64,000 nucleotides of DNA, taken from the NCBI GenBank assembly GCA_050084985.1, contig JBITNC010000001.1, positions 145,700,001-145,764,000 on the forward strand, given 5' to 3'. Positions 1 to 13,800 of this stretch are shown here, one piece after another. Under the pieces are notes generated by a model that saw only the letters and a program-made list of their open reading frames with translations, was not told the origin of the DNA and ran no database searches. A program made the position numbers and the translations under genes. The DNA is from Nageia nagi. Taxonomy: Eukaryota > Plantae > Pinophyta. Within the stretch, counting starts at the first letter, position 1, and each line of letters opens with the position of its first letter.

Positions 1-1150
1 GATTGATTTGTTTTAACAATCCTTATATGGAGCTATCCTTTGGCCACTCCTATTTAACTTTATCCAACCATTAAGAAATAGGATATGAAAGAGCTTATAG
101 TGCTATCTAATCTTCAAATTCTCTAGATAGAGTATCAGTAACCACATTCTCTTTACCTTTATAGTGTACTATCTCATAATCATATCCTAATAGTTTGGTC
201 ACCCATTTTTATTGCTTAAGTGTAGAAATATGATGCTCAATAAAAAATATCAAACTATGATGATCCATGAGGATGATAAAATGGTGGCCAATTAGATATG
301 GTATCTAATGTTGAATTGCATGAATAATAGCAAGCATTTTTTTTCATAGATGGATTTACCCAATTTTTACCAAAGTGCTTTACTAGTGAACACCAAAGGA
401 TACCCCTCTTGCATTAATACTACTTCGATTCTTACTCTACAAGCATCATTTTCTATCATAAAGGTTTTAAAAAAATCTAGCATTGCCAATACTGGGGTGA
501 TACATATTGCATCTTTGAGCTTAAGGAATTGAGGGGACCATTGGAATGCATTCTTTTTCAACAACATTGTTAGAGGTGCTACAATCTTACTATAATGTTT
601 CATAAATTTTCTATAATATCCTATCAACCTTAAGAATCTTCAAATACTTTTCAAAGATGTATGAACATTTGGATTTTTTTTGCATATAGCCAATGTTCTG
701 TCAAAATTTGTAAGGTTTGGTCAACATGTGCCATGTGTTCCTACCATGTCCTACTGTAGATCAAGATATTATCAAAGAAAACTAAAATGAACTTCCTGAA
801 GAATGGATGAAACATCTGATTCATCAAACTTTGAAATATGGATAGAACATTTGTGAGGCCAAAAGGTATGACCAAGAACTCATAATGGCCCTCATGGGTG
901 TGAAATGCAGTTTTTAGTATATCCTCCTCCTTGAGGTGGATTTGGTGATATTCAAATCGTAGGTTCAACTTGAAAAAATATCTTGCCCCATGTAGTTTAT
1001 CTAATTATTCATCAATGATTGATATCAAAAATTTATCCTTGATGGTAATTTTATTGAGGGCCTTGAAATCTACATGTACACCATAAGCCATTTTTCTTAT
1101 GAACCAATATAATTGGAGAAGAATATGGGCTTACGCTAGGTCAGATTCCA
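1..1150 (-). mobile_element. Degenerate Ty3/gypsy (chromovirus, Reina-like) pol fragment: RT and RNase H, running off the left edge
   Basis: ORF 741-968 [22 protein letters not shown]...[11 protein letters not shown] matches the gypsy RT core (FDD decayed to FDN). ORF 367-627 GYYRKFMKHYSKIVAPLT...ENDAC is the RT/RNase H linker. Many stops and frameshifts. Confidence 0.9.
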
Positions 1151-2033
1151 ACCTTGAATGTGCTAGTAAGTGTATCTACCATTTGTTGGATCATAGCCTG
1201 AAATATCATCATGATAGGATCAACTTACGCTACTATTTGGGATCTTATCTTAGGTGCCATTTCTAGAAACTACTATTTCTAAAATTGTTATTTTTGAAAA
1301 CTACTATTTTTAAAAATTAATATTTTTAGAAAGTACTCAAAAAAGTGTATGGGTGTAATATACCAAAATGATCAACTCAAAAAGATGATCGTAATGGGCT
1401 AGGTCTTCCGATGGTAATTTTTGGACTCCCAATTTTTTTTATGTCTTTAGGTTTGTCTACTTTTGTTAACAAATGCTAAAACAAAATAGATTTTTTGTTA
1501 TTTAGCTCCAAAGGTTTTGCTACCTCTGAATTGCTATTTTTGGTAGCTTTAAAAAATTGCAAGCCATACATTCTACCTCCCAATTCAAGATTTTTTGTGT
1601 GAAGGAATGATTTTAGGATAAGGATTATCTATTCTATAGGCTTATCTAAACACCCCTCCTATCCAACTTTTGCAAGAAAAGAGGCTACAAAGATAGCTTT
1701 GTGATAAGTAACTTTTTAACAGTACTTGTTGGTGCACTACAATTTATAAATGGTCGACATAGCTTCCTACCTAATTTTCATTTATAGCCTAGATAATCTT
1801 TGATATACCTTTCGATATGTGAAGTTCAATTTCATATAAGGTTCTATCTGAGGCTTGGGTATTGGTGCAGAGTTTTTTGTATTTAACTTCATACATAGCT
1901 TTATGGATAAGTGTGCTTAGCCAAAAATGATAGATCTTGTTGGATATTTTAAACCTCCCATATAGAGTTTCTAGCTTTGGCCTTCAAGAATTATTTTTTT
2001 TAATTTTTTTTCCTATAGCAGAATGGCCCTGGA

Positions 2034-2049
2034 AAGAGCTGTGATACCA
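2034..2049 (-). other. Primer-binding site (tRNA-iMet type) of the minus-strand gypsy element
   Basis: Minus strand reads TGGTATCACAGCT, 2 nt after a ...GTATCA LTR-like end. Confidence 0.75.
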
Positions 2050-2051
2050 GA

Positions 2052-2671
2052 TGATACAATGCTACAAATATGAAAAGAAAATATTGTAGAAATGTAAACA
2101 AATATCAATTTGAACATGAAAATGACAACTAATCTAATGGAAATAATAGAGCATGTATTGATAATAAAATACAAAATAGCAACAATAAGCAGATAAGGAT
2201 AGGATTTTACTGAATATTAACAGAATCATAGGCCATTTCGAGGAGGCTACCTTCTTATAACTTCAAAAGTGAAAATAATGTTCAAGATCCATTTCTCCAC
2301 ACACTTCCATCTACTTATAATATACTAACCCTAATCCTAATAGTAATGCAAAATCATACCCCACCCTTACAATCACAATATTATGGTTTACAATATAAAC
2401 CAACAATTTAATTAAAATAACTAATACTAACACTAAAATGTTAGGATTTGGTTGCTCAAATATCCATTCTCTCTCTTTGGAGATTTGTAGGCCTACTTTT
2501 TTTCATCATCATGCAGCAAAATGGTGATGCCACTTGCATTTGAGTGAGGGATTAATCCTAATGTGAGAGCTGGGTCAGGTCAAGGTGGGTAGTAATTCAT
2601 TCTCATACATTGTGCTACTTATTCAAACATGTCAATAAATTGCTCTGGATTTAATCCTAGACTCTCTATCA
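2052..2671 (-). mobile_element. Putative 5' LTR of the Reina-like gypsy element
   Basis: The 3' end is fixed by the adjacent PBS (minus ...TATCA at 2052). The 5' end is inferred only from an inverted TGATA motif at 2671. The partner LTR is outside the window. Confidence 0.45.
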
Positions 2672-3305
2672 ATAGACATAAAATCGTATCCCCAACCCTC
2701 TGGATCTCAACAGAATACTACTCAATAGTCTCCCTACGATACAAATAAATAAAGTTAGTGGTAGGGAGATGGAGATGGAGCTCTCGAGCTACAACTTCCT
2801 CAAGCTTTATAGTTTTCTCTAGCAATTAGTTATTGTAGAAGTAAAATAAATGGGCTTGGAAAGCTTGACACTTACCTAAAGTCTGCTATTTTGATTGGCC
2901 ATATGACCATGTTCCTATTTTGTAGAGGATGAGTACATAAAAGCATGATATTTTCCCAATCTAATTTTTGGTCGTCTGAAGCAACGAAGGCTAGTCCATA
3001 GCCATCAAGCCCCTGCAATGCACACTTTAGCCTTTCTCGTAATGGAAGAAGAAAAAATTCCCTCATCACTTCCTTCATTCATTTCATCAGAGACTCAGGG
3101 ATCCCATGATTTACAACCTTTACACCACCAAAAAGAAATTATCAAATCATGCAACAAGGAAACAAAAGAAGAAAACTATTTCTAAGGAAGTCAGTTACCT
3201 GGAAGAAGCCCCATTCTTAGTAGGCAAGTGTTAGTTTTTTCAATCCATTTTGTTGGGTATTATCATGTAGGAAGCTAGCCATGTCAATTATGGGTATGCT
3301 ACTAT

Positions 3306-3508
3306 TGTTGAAGATTCTAGAGTAATTCCAAGTTGGTATACTTCCATATATATATTGATTGTAAATATATATATTTCCTGGATTAGAGATATGCTCTGCT
3401 AGCTGATAGATTTGTAGTCCTAAACTTTAGCATTCCAATTATGTATAGTGGCTATTTATGCCCATAATATTGTAAAGAGTGAAGTATGAATGAAAACCAA
3501 TTTTGATT
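3306..3508 (+). repeat. Copia 5' LTR
   Basis: Starts TGTTGAAG and aligns ungapped to 7878-8080 with about 12 substitutions (counted by eye). Confidence 0.95.
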
Positions 3509-3538
3509 TGGTATTAGAGACACCCAAAAAAACACCAT

Positions 3539-6500
3539 ATGGCTTTCGAATCATCAAATCCAGTAATCCATATCCAATCTAAAAATTTTGGCTTCTAGGC
3601 CGGAGTTGTCCTCACCGAAAGTAACTATAATGTATGATCCCAAATATTAAAGATGCAAATCATAGGATGTGAGAAGCTCGAATATACTATTGGTAAAACT
3701 ATCCACCAAAGGAAATTGATGCTACCTATGCAAAGTGGTATGCAGAGAATCAAAAGGTCAAGGGTTGGTTGTTGACCTCCATGTCACCAAAGATAGTGAA
3801 GCATTATCTCCAACTGCATACCATAAGGGAAATCTGGAGTGGTCTTGCCAAAGCATTCTATGATGGATCAGATGAGACATAACTCTTTGCACTGAATCAA
3901 CATGCCTTCACCATCAAATAAGCTGGTTGACCTTTATCAACTTATTACAGTGAGCTTGTCAAAATTTTCCAAGAATTAGATTATCATGATAAAGTTATCA
4001 TGAAGGATCCTAATGATATTGTCACCTATAAGAAATCTATTACCCAGTTGAGAGTGCACATCTTTCTTAGTGGCCTGGATGCAGAATTTGAATAAATTAG
4101 AGGTGAGGTTCTTTGAAAGGACCCTGCAATGGACCTTGATGACACCTATGATTATGTCCATTGAGATGCTTTATGTTAAGCCACCTTAAATGTTGAACCT
4201 AATAATCTTGAGTCTTCCACTCTAATGGCTCGATGTGCTAAGCCTTAACCATGATAATCTGCTCAAAAAATTGATTCTGACCAAGTACGATCTCAGAAGG
4301 GCAACTATGAAATAGGTGCTGCCAAACCTAAACATTTGTGCACTCACTATGGTGAGACAGGCCATACAAAGGCATAGTGTTATGATTTAATTAGCTATCC
4401 AGATTGGTGGAATCCAACAAAGGCACCATGCAAGCGTAATTTGAAGCCAAAATCACTAAGTTTTTGTTGCTATGACCAAACCTTCTAATGATGGTGTAGA
4501 AGCTTCCTCTTTGATTGCTACTTCAGGTAACATTGGTAAGGATTTCCATACTTCTACATCAGATTGTAGTAGTAGTACATGGATAATTGATTTCAGTGCT
4601 ATGGATCACATGACCTTTGATAGTCAGCATATTTAGTCTATGAAATAGTCCACCACATATATAGTCTCTACTGCCAATGGCAATCCCTCACCTGTGATTG
4701 GAGAATGTTTAGTTCCTCTATCACATAATTTGAATCTTAATTCTATTTTAGTTGTACCTTCCCTTAACCATAATTTATTGTCTATTGCCCAAATAACTAG
4801 TGTATTGTATTGTGTTGTGATTTTCTGGCCTAACCATTATGTTTTTAAGGATATTCAAACTCAAAAGATAATTGGTTATGGTACTAGAAGGGGAAAGTTG
4901 TACTATCTAGATCTGAAGACTACTAGCTCACATCAGTTGGCTCAAGCTCTTTCAGCAGATCAGATTGATAAATCATTCGAAATTTGGTTATGGCATAAGC
5001 ACTTGGGTCATGTGTCTTTTGGATATTTAAAGAAATTGTTCCCAAATTTGTTTTCTCAGTTAAGTACTTCAGATTTCAAATGTAGTATTTGTGAACTTGC
5101 AAAAACTCACCATGTATCATTCCCATTGAGCATGAATAAAAGTCCAATACCTTTTATGTTGATTCACTCTGATGTATGGGGGCCAGCCAAATACCCTTCC
5201 TTGAATGGTTCTTGTTGGTTTGTCACATTTATTGATGATCACACTCATATGACTTGGGTTTGCTTGATGAAATCAAAGAATGAAGTTAGCTCCTTGTTTC
5301 AAAAATTTCATAAGATGATCACCACTCAATACCAATCTCACATACAAGTTCTTCATACTAATAATGGTGGAGAGTTTGTTAATTAGGACCTAAAGAAGTA
5401 CTTGTAGGAACATGGCATATCTCACAAGATGACTTGCCCTTATTCCCCTCAACAAAATGGGGTTGCAGAGCGCAAGAATTGCCACCTACTTGAAGTTGTA
5501 TGAGCCTCTTTATTTGGAGCTCACATACCCATCAATTACTAGGGTGAAGTGCTTAGTGTTGCAGATTACCTCATTAATCGTGTGCCCTCCATCTCGCTGA
5601 ATTTTTAGACTCCTTTTGAAGTTCTTCATTCGACTATAACTACTCCTACTACTCTAAGTTTATCACCTAAAATTTTTGGGTGCATGGCATTTATGCATCT
5701 TTCTAAGCCATTGCATGATAAGCTAGAACCACGAGCACTACGATGTGTCTTTGTTGGCTATGCCCCACTTTAGAAGGGCTATTGCTGCTATCATCACCCA
5801 TCATAAAAAATGTATGTCACCCTTGACATTATCTTTCATGAAAATGATATGTACTATGTTGTTCCTGAGTCCTCAATTCAGGGGGAGAGATAAAATGAAT
5901 TGCAGACTCTAAATCTAAATCTTTCTTTGGACCAATCAGATACAAGTGGCGAATTTTTGGATAAAAGTGGTGAGTGTCCAGAGGAGGCAACTAGGCAGTG
6001 TGAGCAACCTATTCTTGACCAACCAGACGTTAGTTTAAATGAGAAAAATATTCAGAATCAGATGGAAGCAACTCCACTTCAAGTACCATCTAACCAATTA
6101 TTTTCTGAAGACAATTCCTTTCCCGAACCCCAGGTACAACCCTAGGTACATTATGAATCTTAATTCCTTCCAAAAGTACTACTTAATCGAGCCACGAGAG
6201 GTATACCTAGAGCTAACAATGAACCTGTTCTTAGTTCCAATCCTAAGTATCCCATGAGCAATTATGTATCCTACCATAGACTGTCAAAAGAAAGTGAGTC
6301 ATTTGCAAATCAATTATATACTGTATCTATTCCTACTAACATGCAGGAAGCTCTGGGAGATCCTAGGTGGAAGGAAGCTATGAATGAAGAAATGAAGTCA
6401 CTTCAAAAGAACTCAACTTGGAATGTTGTTGAGCTATCTAAAGGAAAGAAACCTATTGGATGTAGGTGGGTTTTCACAATCAAATACAAGGCAGATGGAA

Positions 6501-7870
6501 CCATTGAACGATTCAAAGCTAGACTAGTTGCCAAGGGGTACACTCAAACTTATGGAATTGACTACATGGAGACATTCACACTAGTAGCAAAAATCAATAC
6601 TATCCGTACTCTTATATCCTTGGTGATGAATCTTGACTAGCCATTGCACCAGTTTGATGTGAAAAATGCCTTCTTGTATGGATACCTTTAAGAGGAAGTA
6701 TACATGGAGTTGCCCCTTGGATGTAATATGCAGTCAAAAGGTGGAAAACATGTCTGCAGATTAAAAAAGGCCCTATACGATCTAAAGTAATCTTTGAGAG
6801 CATGGTTTGGAAGGTTTACGAAGTTAATGAAGGCTTTTGGATACAAGCAGAGTAACTCAGATCATACTCTTTTTGTGAAGCATAATAAAGGAATGATTAC
6901 TTGTTTAATTGTGTATGTTGATGATATGATAGTAACAGAAAATGATTCAGAAGAGAGGAGAGCATTGCAGAACCATCTGGCTCAAGAATTTGAGATGAAG
7001 GACCTTGGTCCATTGAAGTACTTCCTTGGTATTGAAGTGTCAAGATCAAAGGAATGTGTCTTTCTATCTCAACGAAAATATGCCTTAGATTTACTAAGTG
7101 AGACTGGTATGATAGCATGTAGTCTAGTTAGCACTCCTATGGAAGAAAACTTGAAGCTACGCATATATCTAGATCAAGTTCCAACAAACAAGGAGAGGTA
7201 TCAAAGATTAGTTGGGAAACTAATGTATCTTGCACATACTTGGCCTGACTTGGCATATGCACTAAGTGTCATAAGCCAATTCATGCATTCTCTAAGTGAA
7301 GAACATATGAATGTAGTTACCAGCATTTTGCGCTACTTGAAGTCATCTCTAGGGAAAGGGATTATGTTTAAAAAGGGGAATAATCTAGATGTCAAAGTAT
7401 ACACTGATGCAGATTGGGCTGGATCAGTAAAAGATAGGTGGTCTACAGCAGGGTATTTCACTTTTGTAGGAGGAAATTTTGTCACTTGGCAAAGCAAGAA
7501 GCAAGCTATAGTTGCTCTATCTAGTGCTGAATCCGAGTTCAGAGGAATAACTAAGGCAATATGTAAATTGTTATGGATCTGTAATTTATTAAAAGATCTG
7601 AATATTAAGCATATCAGCCCAACGAAGCTATATTGTGATAACAAGGCAGCTTGTGATATTGCCCACAACCCAATTCAGCATGATCGAACCAAACATGTGG
7701 AAGTTGATAGGCATTTCATCAAGGAGAAACTAGAAGCAAAGATCATTGAAACACCTCATGTCTCGTCTCAAGAACAACTTGCTGACCTACTCACCAAGGC
7801 CATATCAAGTCGAGCATTTCATGATGGTCTCAACAAATTGGGAATGAGCGACATCTACGCACCAACTTGA
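3539..7870 (+). pseudogene. Copia gag-pol polyprotein, disrupted
   Basis: ATG at 3539. Integrase HSDVWGP...FIDD (4694-5386). [11 protein letters not shown]...[19 protein letters not shown] (6254-6640) and IVYVDDM. RNase H YTDADWAG...HDRTKHVEVDRHFIKEK ending ...IYAPT* (6794-7870). Multiple stops. Confidence 0.95.
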
Positions 7871-7877
7871 GGGGGAG

Positions 7878-8080
7878 TGTTGAAGATTCTAGAGTGATTC
7901 CAAGTTGGTATACTTCCGTATATAGATAGATTGTAAATATATATATTTCCTAGATTAGAGATATGCTCTGCTAGCTAATAGATTTGTAATCCTAAACTTT
8001 AGCATTCCAATTATGTATAGTGGCTATTTATGCCCACAATATTGTAAAGAGCAAAGTATGAATGAAAACCAAGTTTGACT
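7878..8080 (+). repeat. Copia 3' LTR
   Basis: TGTTGAAG...TTTGACT, directly after the PPT and followed by TSD GCTAT. Confidence 0.95.
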
Positions 8081-9224
8081 GCTATTGTTGTGATGGTAAT
8101 GGTTTTAGAGAGATGGTCTTTCTTGTTTGGATCTGATATATCTATCAGGAATCATTTGAAGAAAAATGGCTGCTAACTCCTGCATAATGGGAAATGAGAA
8201 TGCTTCCTGCTTTCCATCAGCTTGGCCCAATATATTGACTGCATTAAACATTTTCTGAAACCTAGGACTTTAAGATTTCGAGAACAAGGGAGTTGTGAAG
8301 GAGGAGAGAAGGCAATGGGGTTAGTTTCTCTGATGTGTTCTTTTGCTTCTCTTTATTGATGAGTAGGCCCATGCCATGTATTTCTTACACTACGTCTTGA
8401 CATGGGAAAGGTGACATAAGAAAAATATGTCATACTTAATGAGGCTTATTCTTTCATCACCATTCTTCATCTCAACCATTCTTATTGAGGGTACAAAAGT
8501 GAATCGTGCGAGAGCGTTGTCAAAGGGAGGGGCAGCGTTATGTCGGTGAGACTTAAGAGCGTATTTATCAATACTATGGATTGGACAGCATATCTGATAC
8601 AAGAAAATGACATCATACTTTATGAAGTCTGTTCTTTATTTTAGATGTCTTTATCTCAACGACTCTTATTTATTCCTTTGATTTTAATCTATTCCTTCCA
8701 TGCACAAAATAATTGATTATTTTCAATCTTCCTTTGACATCCATCCACATTTCAATTCCTATATTTTTGCTAATTCAACAAATTAATTCTCATTAGCATC
8801 TCTTGGTGCCCATGTTGTAACTCTTAGTTGATTGAGATACATGTTATTCAAGTCTACCTACATTTGAAGGTCGCATTGATCACTCTTAGTAATGTGGAGA
8901 TGATAATAATTTTTTTTCTTTCTTTTTGTTTAGATTTTTTTCAATATTTTGTATCTTTCATTTCAATGAATAATATTTTAGTATTTTTTAATATTATTAT
9001 TAGTTCTTTTACATAAATCATTTAATGGTGTATATATATATTTTAAGTTAAATTATTTCATATATTTCAATTAGTTATTAATTTTATCTTGTATAATATT
9101 TTTATCTTTTTTAAATTTTATTTTTTTGAAGATAATGATTTAGCTTATATAGATACAACATAAGCAAAAACTGGATCAACTAAAAATTTGGAATTCAATT
9201 TGACTCAAAACAATAAAATAAAAA

Positions 9225-9295
9225 AGTTTGATCATATTCCCAAAGTACAAAATAAAATAATTGATTATTTAGTAAACTAAGCTCTTCATAAGGGA
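9225..9295 (+). mobile_element. Small retroelement RNase H-like remnant
   Basis: Translates FDHIPKVQNKIIDYLVN*A, resembling the F.HIPR..N..AD.LA C-terminal motif of plant RNase H-like domains. Confidence 0.4.
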
Positions 9296-10849
9296 AACCT
9301 CACTTTCTATGGAGATCCTCCCAAATGGTGGCAACAATAAGGAACCAAGCTCTACTTTCCATTTTACTTCTTGTTGATATCAATATCTATTCTTCCTAGT
9401 TCTAAATAATATTATTATTCTTTTTTCTTATTTTTTCATAGCTTATGTTTACATTTTCCTTGTTAAGAGGAATATTTGTCCATTAGTTACAAATATTTGG
9501 TCAAAAAGCCTCTACATGTAAAAAGGCCAAAGACGTTTTTTTTTCCTAAATAACTAAATAGAATTTTTTTTAACTTAAAAAAATAATGGATAATCTAATA
9601 TAACTTAAAAGATCTTTATTAAGTGACTAAAAACTCATTCCTTTACCTCCCTTTTAACTTCTTGCTTGATCTATGATAAAATTCATTTGTTTGCATCCCT
9701 TTTAACTTCACCCTTTATCTATAGCATCGTTAATAATCGTTTCCCATTTGGACTCGAAATGCTAATATTTTAAAACATCATAGATATGAAAGATCATAAC
9801 CATCACATGTACTGGTGTTTTACATTATGATAAAATATAATCTAAACCCTTTCCTATAATTATTTTTGTTTATACAACTAATTAATAGTTCTACAAACTA
9901 CCAAAATTATTAAGTCACTACTTTTGTTCCCTTATAGATATTTTTTTAAATGATTTTGAAAATAATATTTTCAAAAAAATTATCTTTTCTCAATTGCATG
10001 TGAGGAAATAGAAATCTAGTCCCCAAATTGTATTAGTAATGAATTCATAAATATATAAATAATTTTTAGCATTCTTATTTTGACATAGATATTCATAAAG
10101 CTTTTAGCATCCATTTTTTATGGTTCAATAAATTTTTGCTTCTTTATAATAATAATTCTTTTTCATGAAATGTACCATGAATTTGTATATCCATAAAAAT
10201 GTATTATTAGAAGAAGGTGAGTTTAGATACAAACTTAATGAAAATACTTATATTAATATCAAATTCATTTTAAAAAGAACTTCAAAAATAGGGAAAGAGT
10301 ATAAGAATGAAACCAATAATATAATAAACATAATATTGAATACATAACAAGAAATAACCCTCAATAGAAATAAGAAACTAAAAATTAATTTTTTTGAAAA
10401 ATTTATGACAAACATAATGATATCATGGGTAGAATATTATAAGAAAAATTCATGAATCATCATAAACTAGAACTTATTGATATTTCTAAAGGAATATGAT
10501 ATTATTATAAAGAAAATGTTTTCTAGGAATTTAATATAACTAAAGGATATAAAATGGAAGGATAATTATATTTATGAGATATTAGAAAGGACATTATTGA
10601 GAATTAAATCATTAATGCCTTGAAGAATATATAACAAGAACAGTGAATCTATTAATATAATCACCAACAAATAATTACACTCTCACTCAATACACAAATA
10701 TTTTATTTTATAACTATAAAATTATGAATGCAATTGATACACCTAAACACTTTATAAAAATATGTGTAGATTCAAGACTAAAGAATGACATCATTGTTGA
10801 GAATATATATGAACATAATATCATACCTTAACAATACTAACCAAGGTTT

Positions 10850-13800
10850 CTTATTGCTATTTTTGATTACAAAGTACCTTTAACATCCCCGTCTATTATA
10901 CTTATAACCATGCTTATTATTGTTCCCTTATAATGTACCTTAATTGTATCAATTTTTCTATTTTTTCATATGAACAGTAATATCTTTAGGAAATTTATTA
11001 TTATAATAAGATTACAAATTATAGATTTACATAATATACTTAAGCACCATATCCTCCTTTATGTACTTCCCTTCTATAACCTTTGGTGTATCTATGATGT
11101 GGTTTCTTTAAAAATATCTTGAATATGATAAATATCTTTATTTACCTTTAATAAAATTAGTAACTTAATCTACCAAGATTCAAGGTACTAAACTTTGATC
11201 ATCATATCTTTGATTTCCCACCATTTTTAATTAAAGATAGTATTTGCATAAGATTGGATTGGCATATTTAATTAGCTAGAGAGAGTTGATCCTATCTCAT
11301 TTTTGTACCATACTTTCTAGTATGATGTTTAAAATGATTTAGTAAGATAATGCAAACTATCTAATATATATTATATCATAATTCATTTTATACTAAGTCA
11401 ACCATATCTAAGATTATTATTTCCTATCAATTTGTATTTATTTCTCTAATTTTGGTATTAAATGAGATTTAGGGAAATGTTATAGCTTTTCATTTTTTCT
11501 CAAAAATGTTGGACTAACTAAAGGTAATGGTAATGTATAAGATAACAAAGGTCACTGCGATTGATAAGTTAATGTATGTATCACATAATTAGATGGGTAT
11601 CATATATACAAATGGTAAATTAATTTATTTAAAATATATTTATATTTTATTTTTGATCAATAGGAATTGGTCTTAGGCTTCACACCTTAACAATTTCAAA
11701 AAATAATTAAAACATTAAAGATGATAACTTTTAGTGTTCATGGTAAGAGAAAAATCATCTCTTGAATTAATTTACTTAATTATAGAAATGTAAATCAAAT
11801 AATATATTCTTAGGCATTTATTTTCTCTCATCATCCCTTATATATTTTTAAATGATAATATAAGCTTTGAATATAATCATTTTATATTATATGGATGGAT
11901 TCATTATATTTTATGGTCAATGATAACATATTATCTCTTATTGAATATATATGTCACCTACTATTAAATTCTATAATCTATTATGAAAAAGCTCATTTAC
12001 AATCTTGTATTCAATAATGGTATTATATTTCATCTTAACTACCATGTGACCATCCTACATAATATTTTCCCCATTATGATTTTTAAAGATATAAGGTTGG
12101 AATACAATAAAATCTTGATATTATTTATATAAAATTTAATTCTCAAATCTTTGATATAATATATAGTAATCACTTCTCTTACATACATTAATATCAATTT
12201 TTGAGAACCCTACATAGATCATAGAAAAAGATATTATTAATCGATTACTAAATCAAGTAATGATAATAAATTATCATCATTTTAAGTACTATAATAATTA
12301 AGTTTATTATATGAATGTGTATTATATTTTTATATTAAATATAAATACATCATAGTTATTATACAAACACAATGGTATGTAGTACAATTTACAAAACTTA
12401 TGAAAAAGTTACAATGATGGTGTAAAATGTTATCATAGAATAATGAAAATGCATTCAAAATATTATTATAATAATATAATAATAATTAGTATACAATGCA
12501 CAATATGATGGTTTTATATTGGTATTATTCATATAGATACCTAAATATAATTTCTTATTAGTTAATAAATCATATTTTAGGTTTCTAAAAGGATAATTAT
12601 CAATAATACAAGAATCAAGATTAATGTACTATTAAAGTGTTATATCATGTGTTAGGTTTAAAATCTTAAATTATTAATCATATTTGTATCTATTTATGTC
12701 TTAATATTACAAATACTATATTATTATTGGTATTATTAACCTTCACATCTTTCTATGTATTTGTAGGTATAAAAATTTTTCAAGCACTTCAAGGTGGTTG
12801 TCTTTAGTTTTGGACTTAGTAAATAAGTCATCAACATAAAATTCAACAATATAACCCATATAGTCATGAAAAATATAATTTATTATACATTTGTAAGTGG
12901 TACCTTCATTATTTAAACCAAAGGGTATGACCTTATAGAAAATAATTTCCCAAGATGTTGTGAATAAAATTTGATATTGGTCATCTTTTACAATGTGACT
13001 TTGACTGTAACCACCAAACCATCCATAAGTGAAAGCATTTCATAACCAACAATTGCATATAGAGTATTTTCAATGCTAGGTAAGGGAAAATCATCTTTAG
13101 GGAAAATTTTATTAATGTCTCAAAATTAGATACAAATATGAAGTACCCATATTTTCTTAACCATATCAACATCATTTGACACCCATGTAGGATAGTCGAT
13201 ATGTGTAATAAAGCCTACATCTAAAAGCTTTTGAACTTATTCTTTAATAAGGATTGTAACTTTTAAATATATTTTCCTAAGTTTTTACTCAATAGATTTT
13301 TCAAATTCATCAAGAGAAAATTATGAACAACCAAGTTAGAGTATAACCCATACATATTAACATACATCTAAGAAAAAACTTTGTGATCTACTTTTTAAGA
13401 ATTTTTTTAAATTGAAGTTATTCTTCTTTTGTTAAGAATTTTCCAACTAAGATTATTTTTGTATCCTTTGGGTTTGTACCAATATCAATCTTAATAGTTT
13501 TTTAAATAAAATGTGTGAGATATCATCATGTATATATACACATATATACATAAATACATACATACATATATATATTGTACACTTTTTACAATAGGAAGAG
13601 CTTAAAGGATTTTTAATATATCATGCTTATTATAATTTTCAAGAATAAATTAGATAAATATGACATGATCATTTTTGAGTGTGCACATATGAAAATCTTT
13701 TTTTGATAGGTAAGTCTCAACCATCCTCTTATCTGTAGGAGTTTGAAATTATTCCTCTTGAAAAAATGCCAACTACAAATATTGAGGTTCATCATCTATT

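Larger units (their letters stand above)
3306..8080 (+). mobile_element. Full-length degenerate Ty1/copia LTR retrotransposon (Ale/Retrofit-like, ~4.8 kb)
   Basis: Two 203-bp LTRs, PBS TGGTATTAGAG at 3509, PPT GAGGGGGAG at 7869-7877, 5-bp TSD ACTAT/GCTAT. Domain order gag-PR-INT-RT-RH. Confidence 0.97.
2876..8251 (-). pseudogene. 2-oxoglutarate/Fe(II)-dependent dioxygenase (SRG1-like, DIOX_N region) pseudogene, exons 1-2; exon 1 split by a copia insertion
   Basis: Exon 1 = 8251-8081 + 3300-3199: MFNAVNILG...PIMQELA...IPDRYIRSKQERPSL*...SIPIIDM...LAY*EWGFFQ. GT-AG intron 3198-3118. Exon 2 = 3117-2876: VVNHGIPESLMK*MKEVMREFF...DGYG.AFVASDDQKLDW...WP...DFR, then a GT donor. Three premature stops. 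Catalytic exons 3-4 are not in the window. Confidence 0.92.

Noticed and set aside
6612-7668. Antisense ORFs inside the copia pol
   Set aside because: These are shadow frames of the RT/RNase H coding strand.
3501-8085. Alternative copia terminus TG...GA or a canonical CA end
   Set aside because: Neither gives a matching TSD or restores the host reading frame; the CT end does both.
10165-10347. Possible antisense extra ORF of the Tat/Ogre-like 3' region
   Set aside because: Too decayed and low-complexity to support a call.
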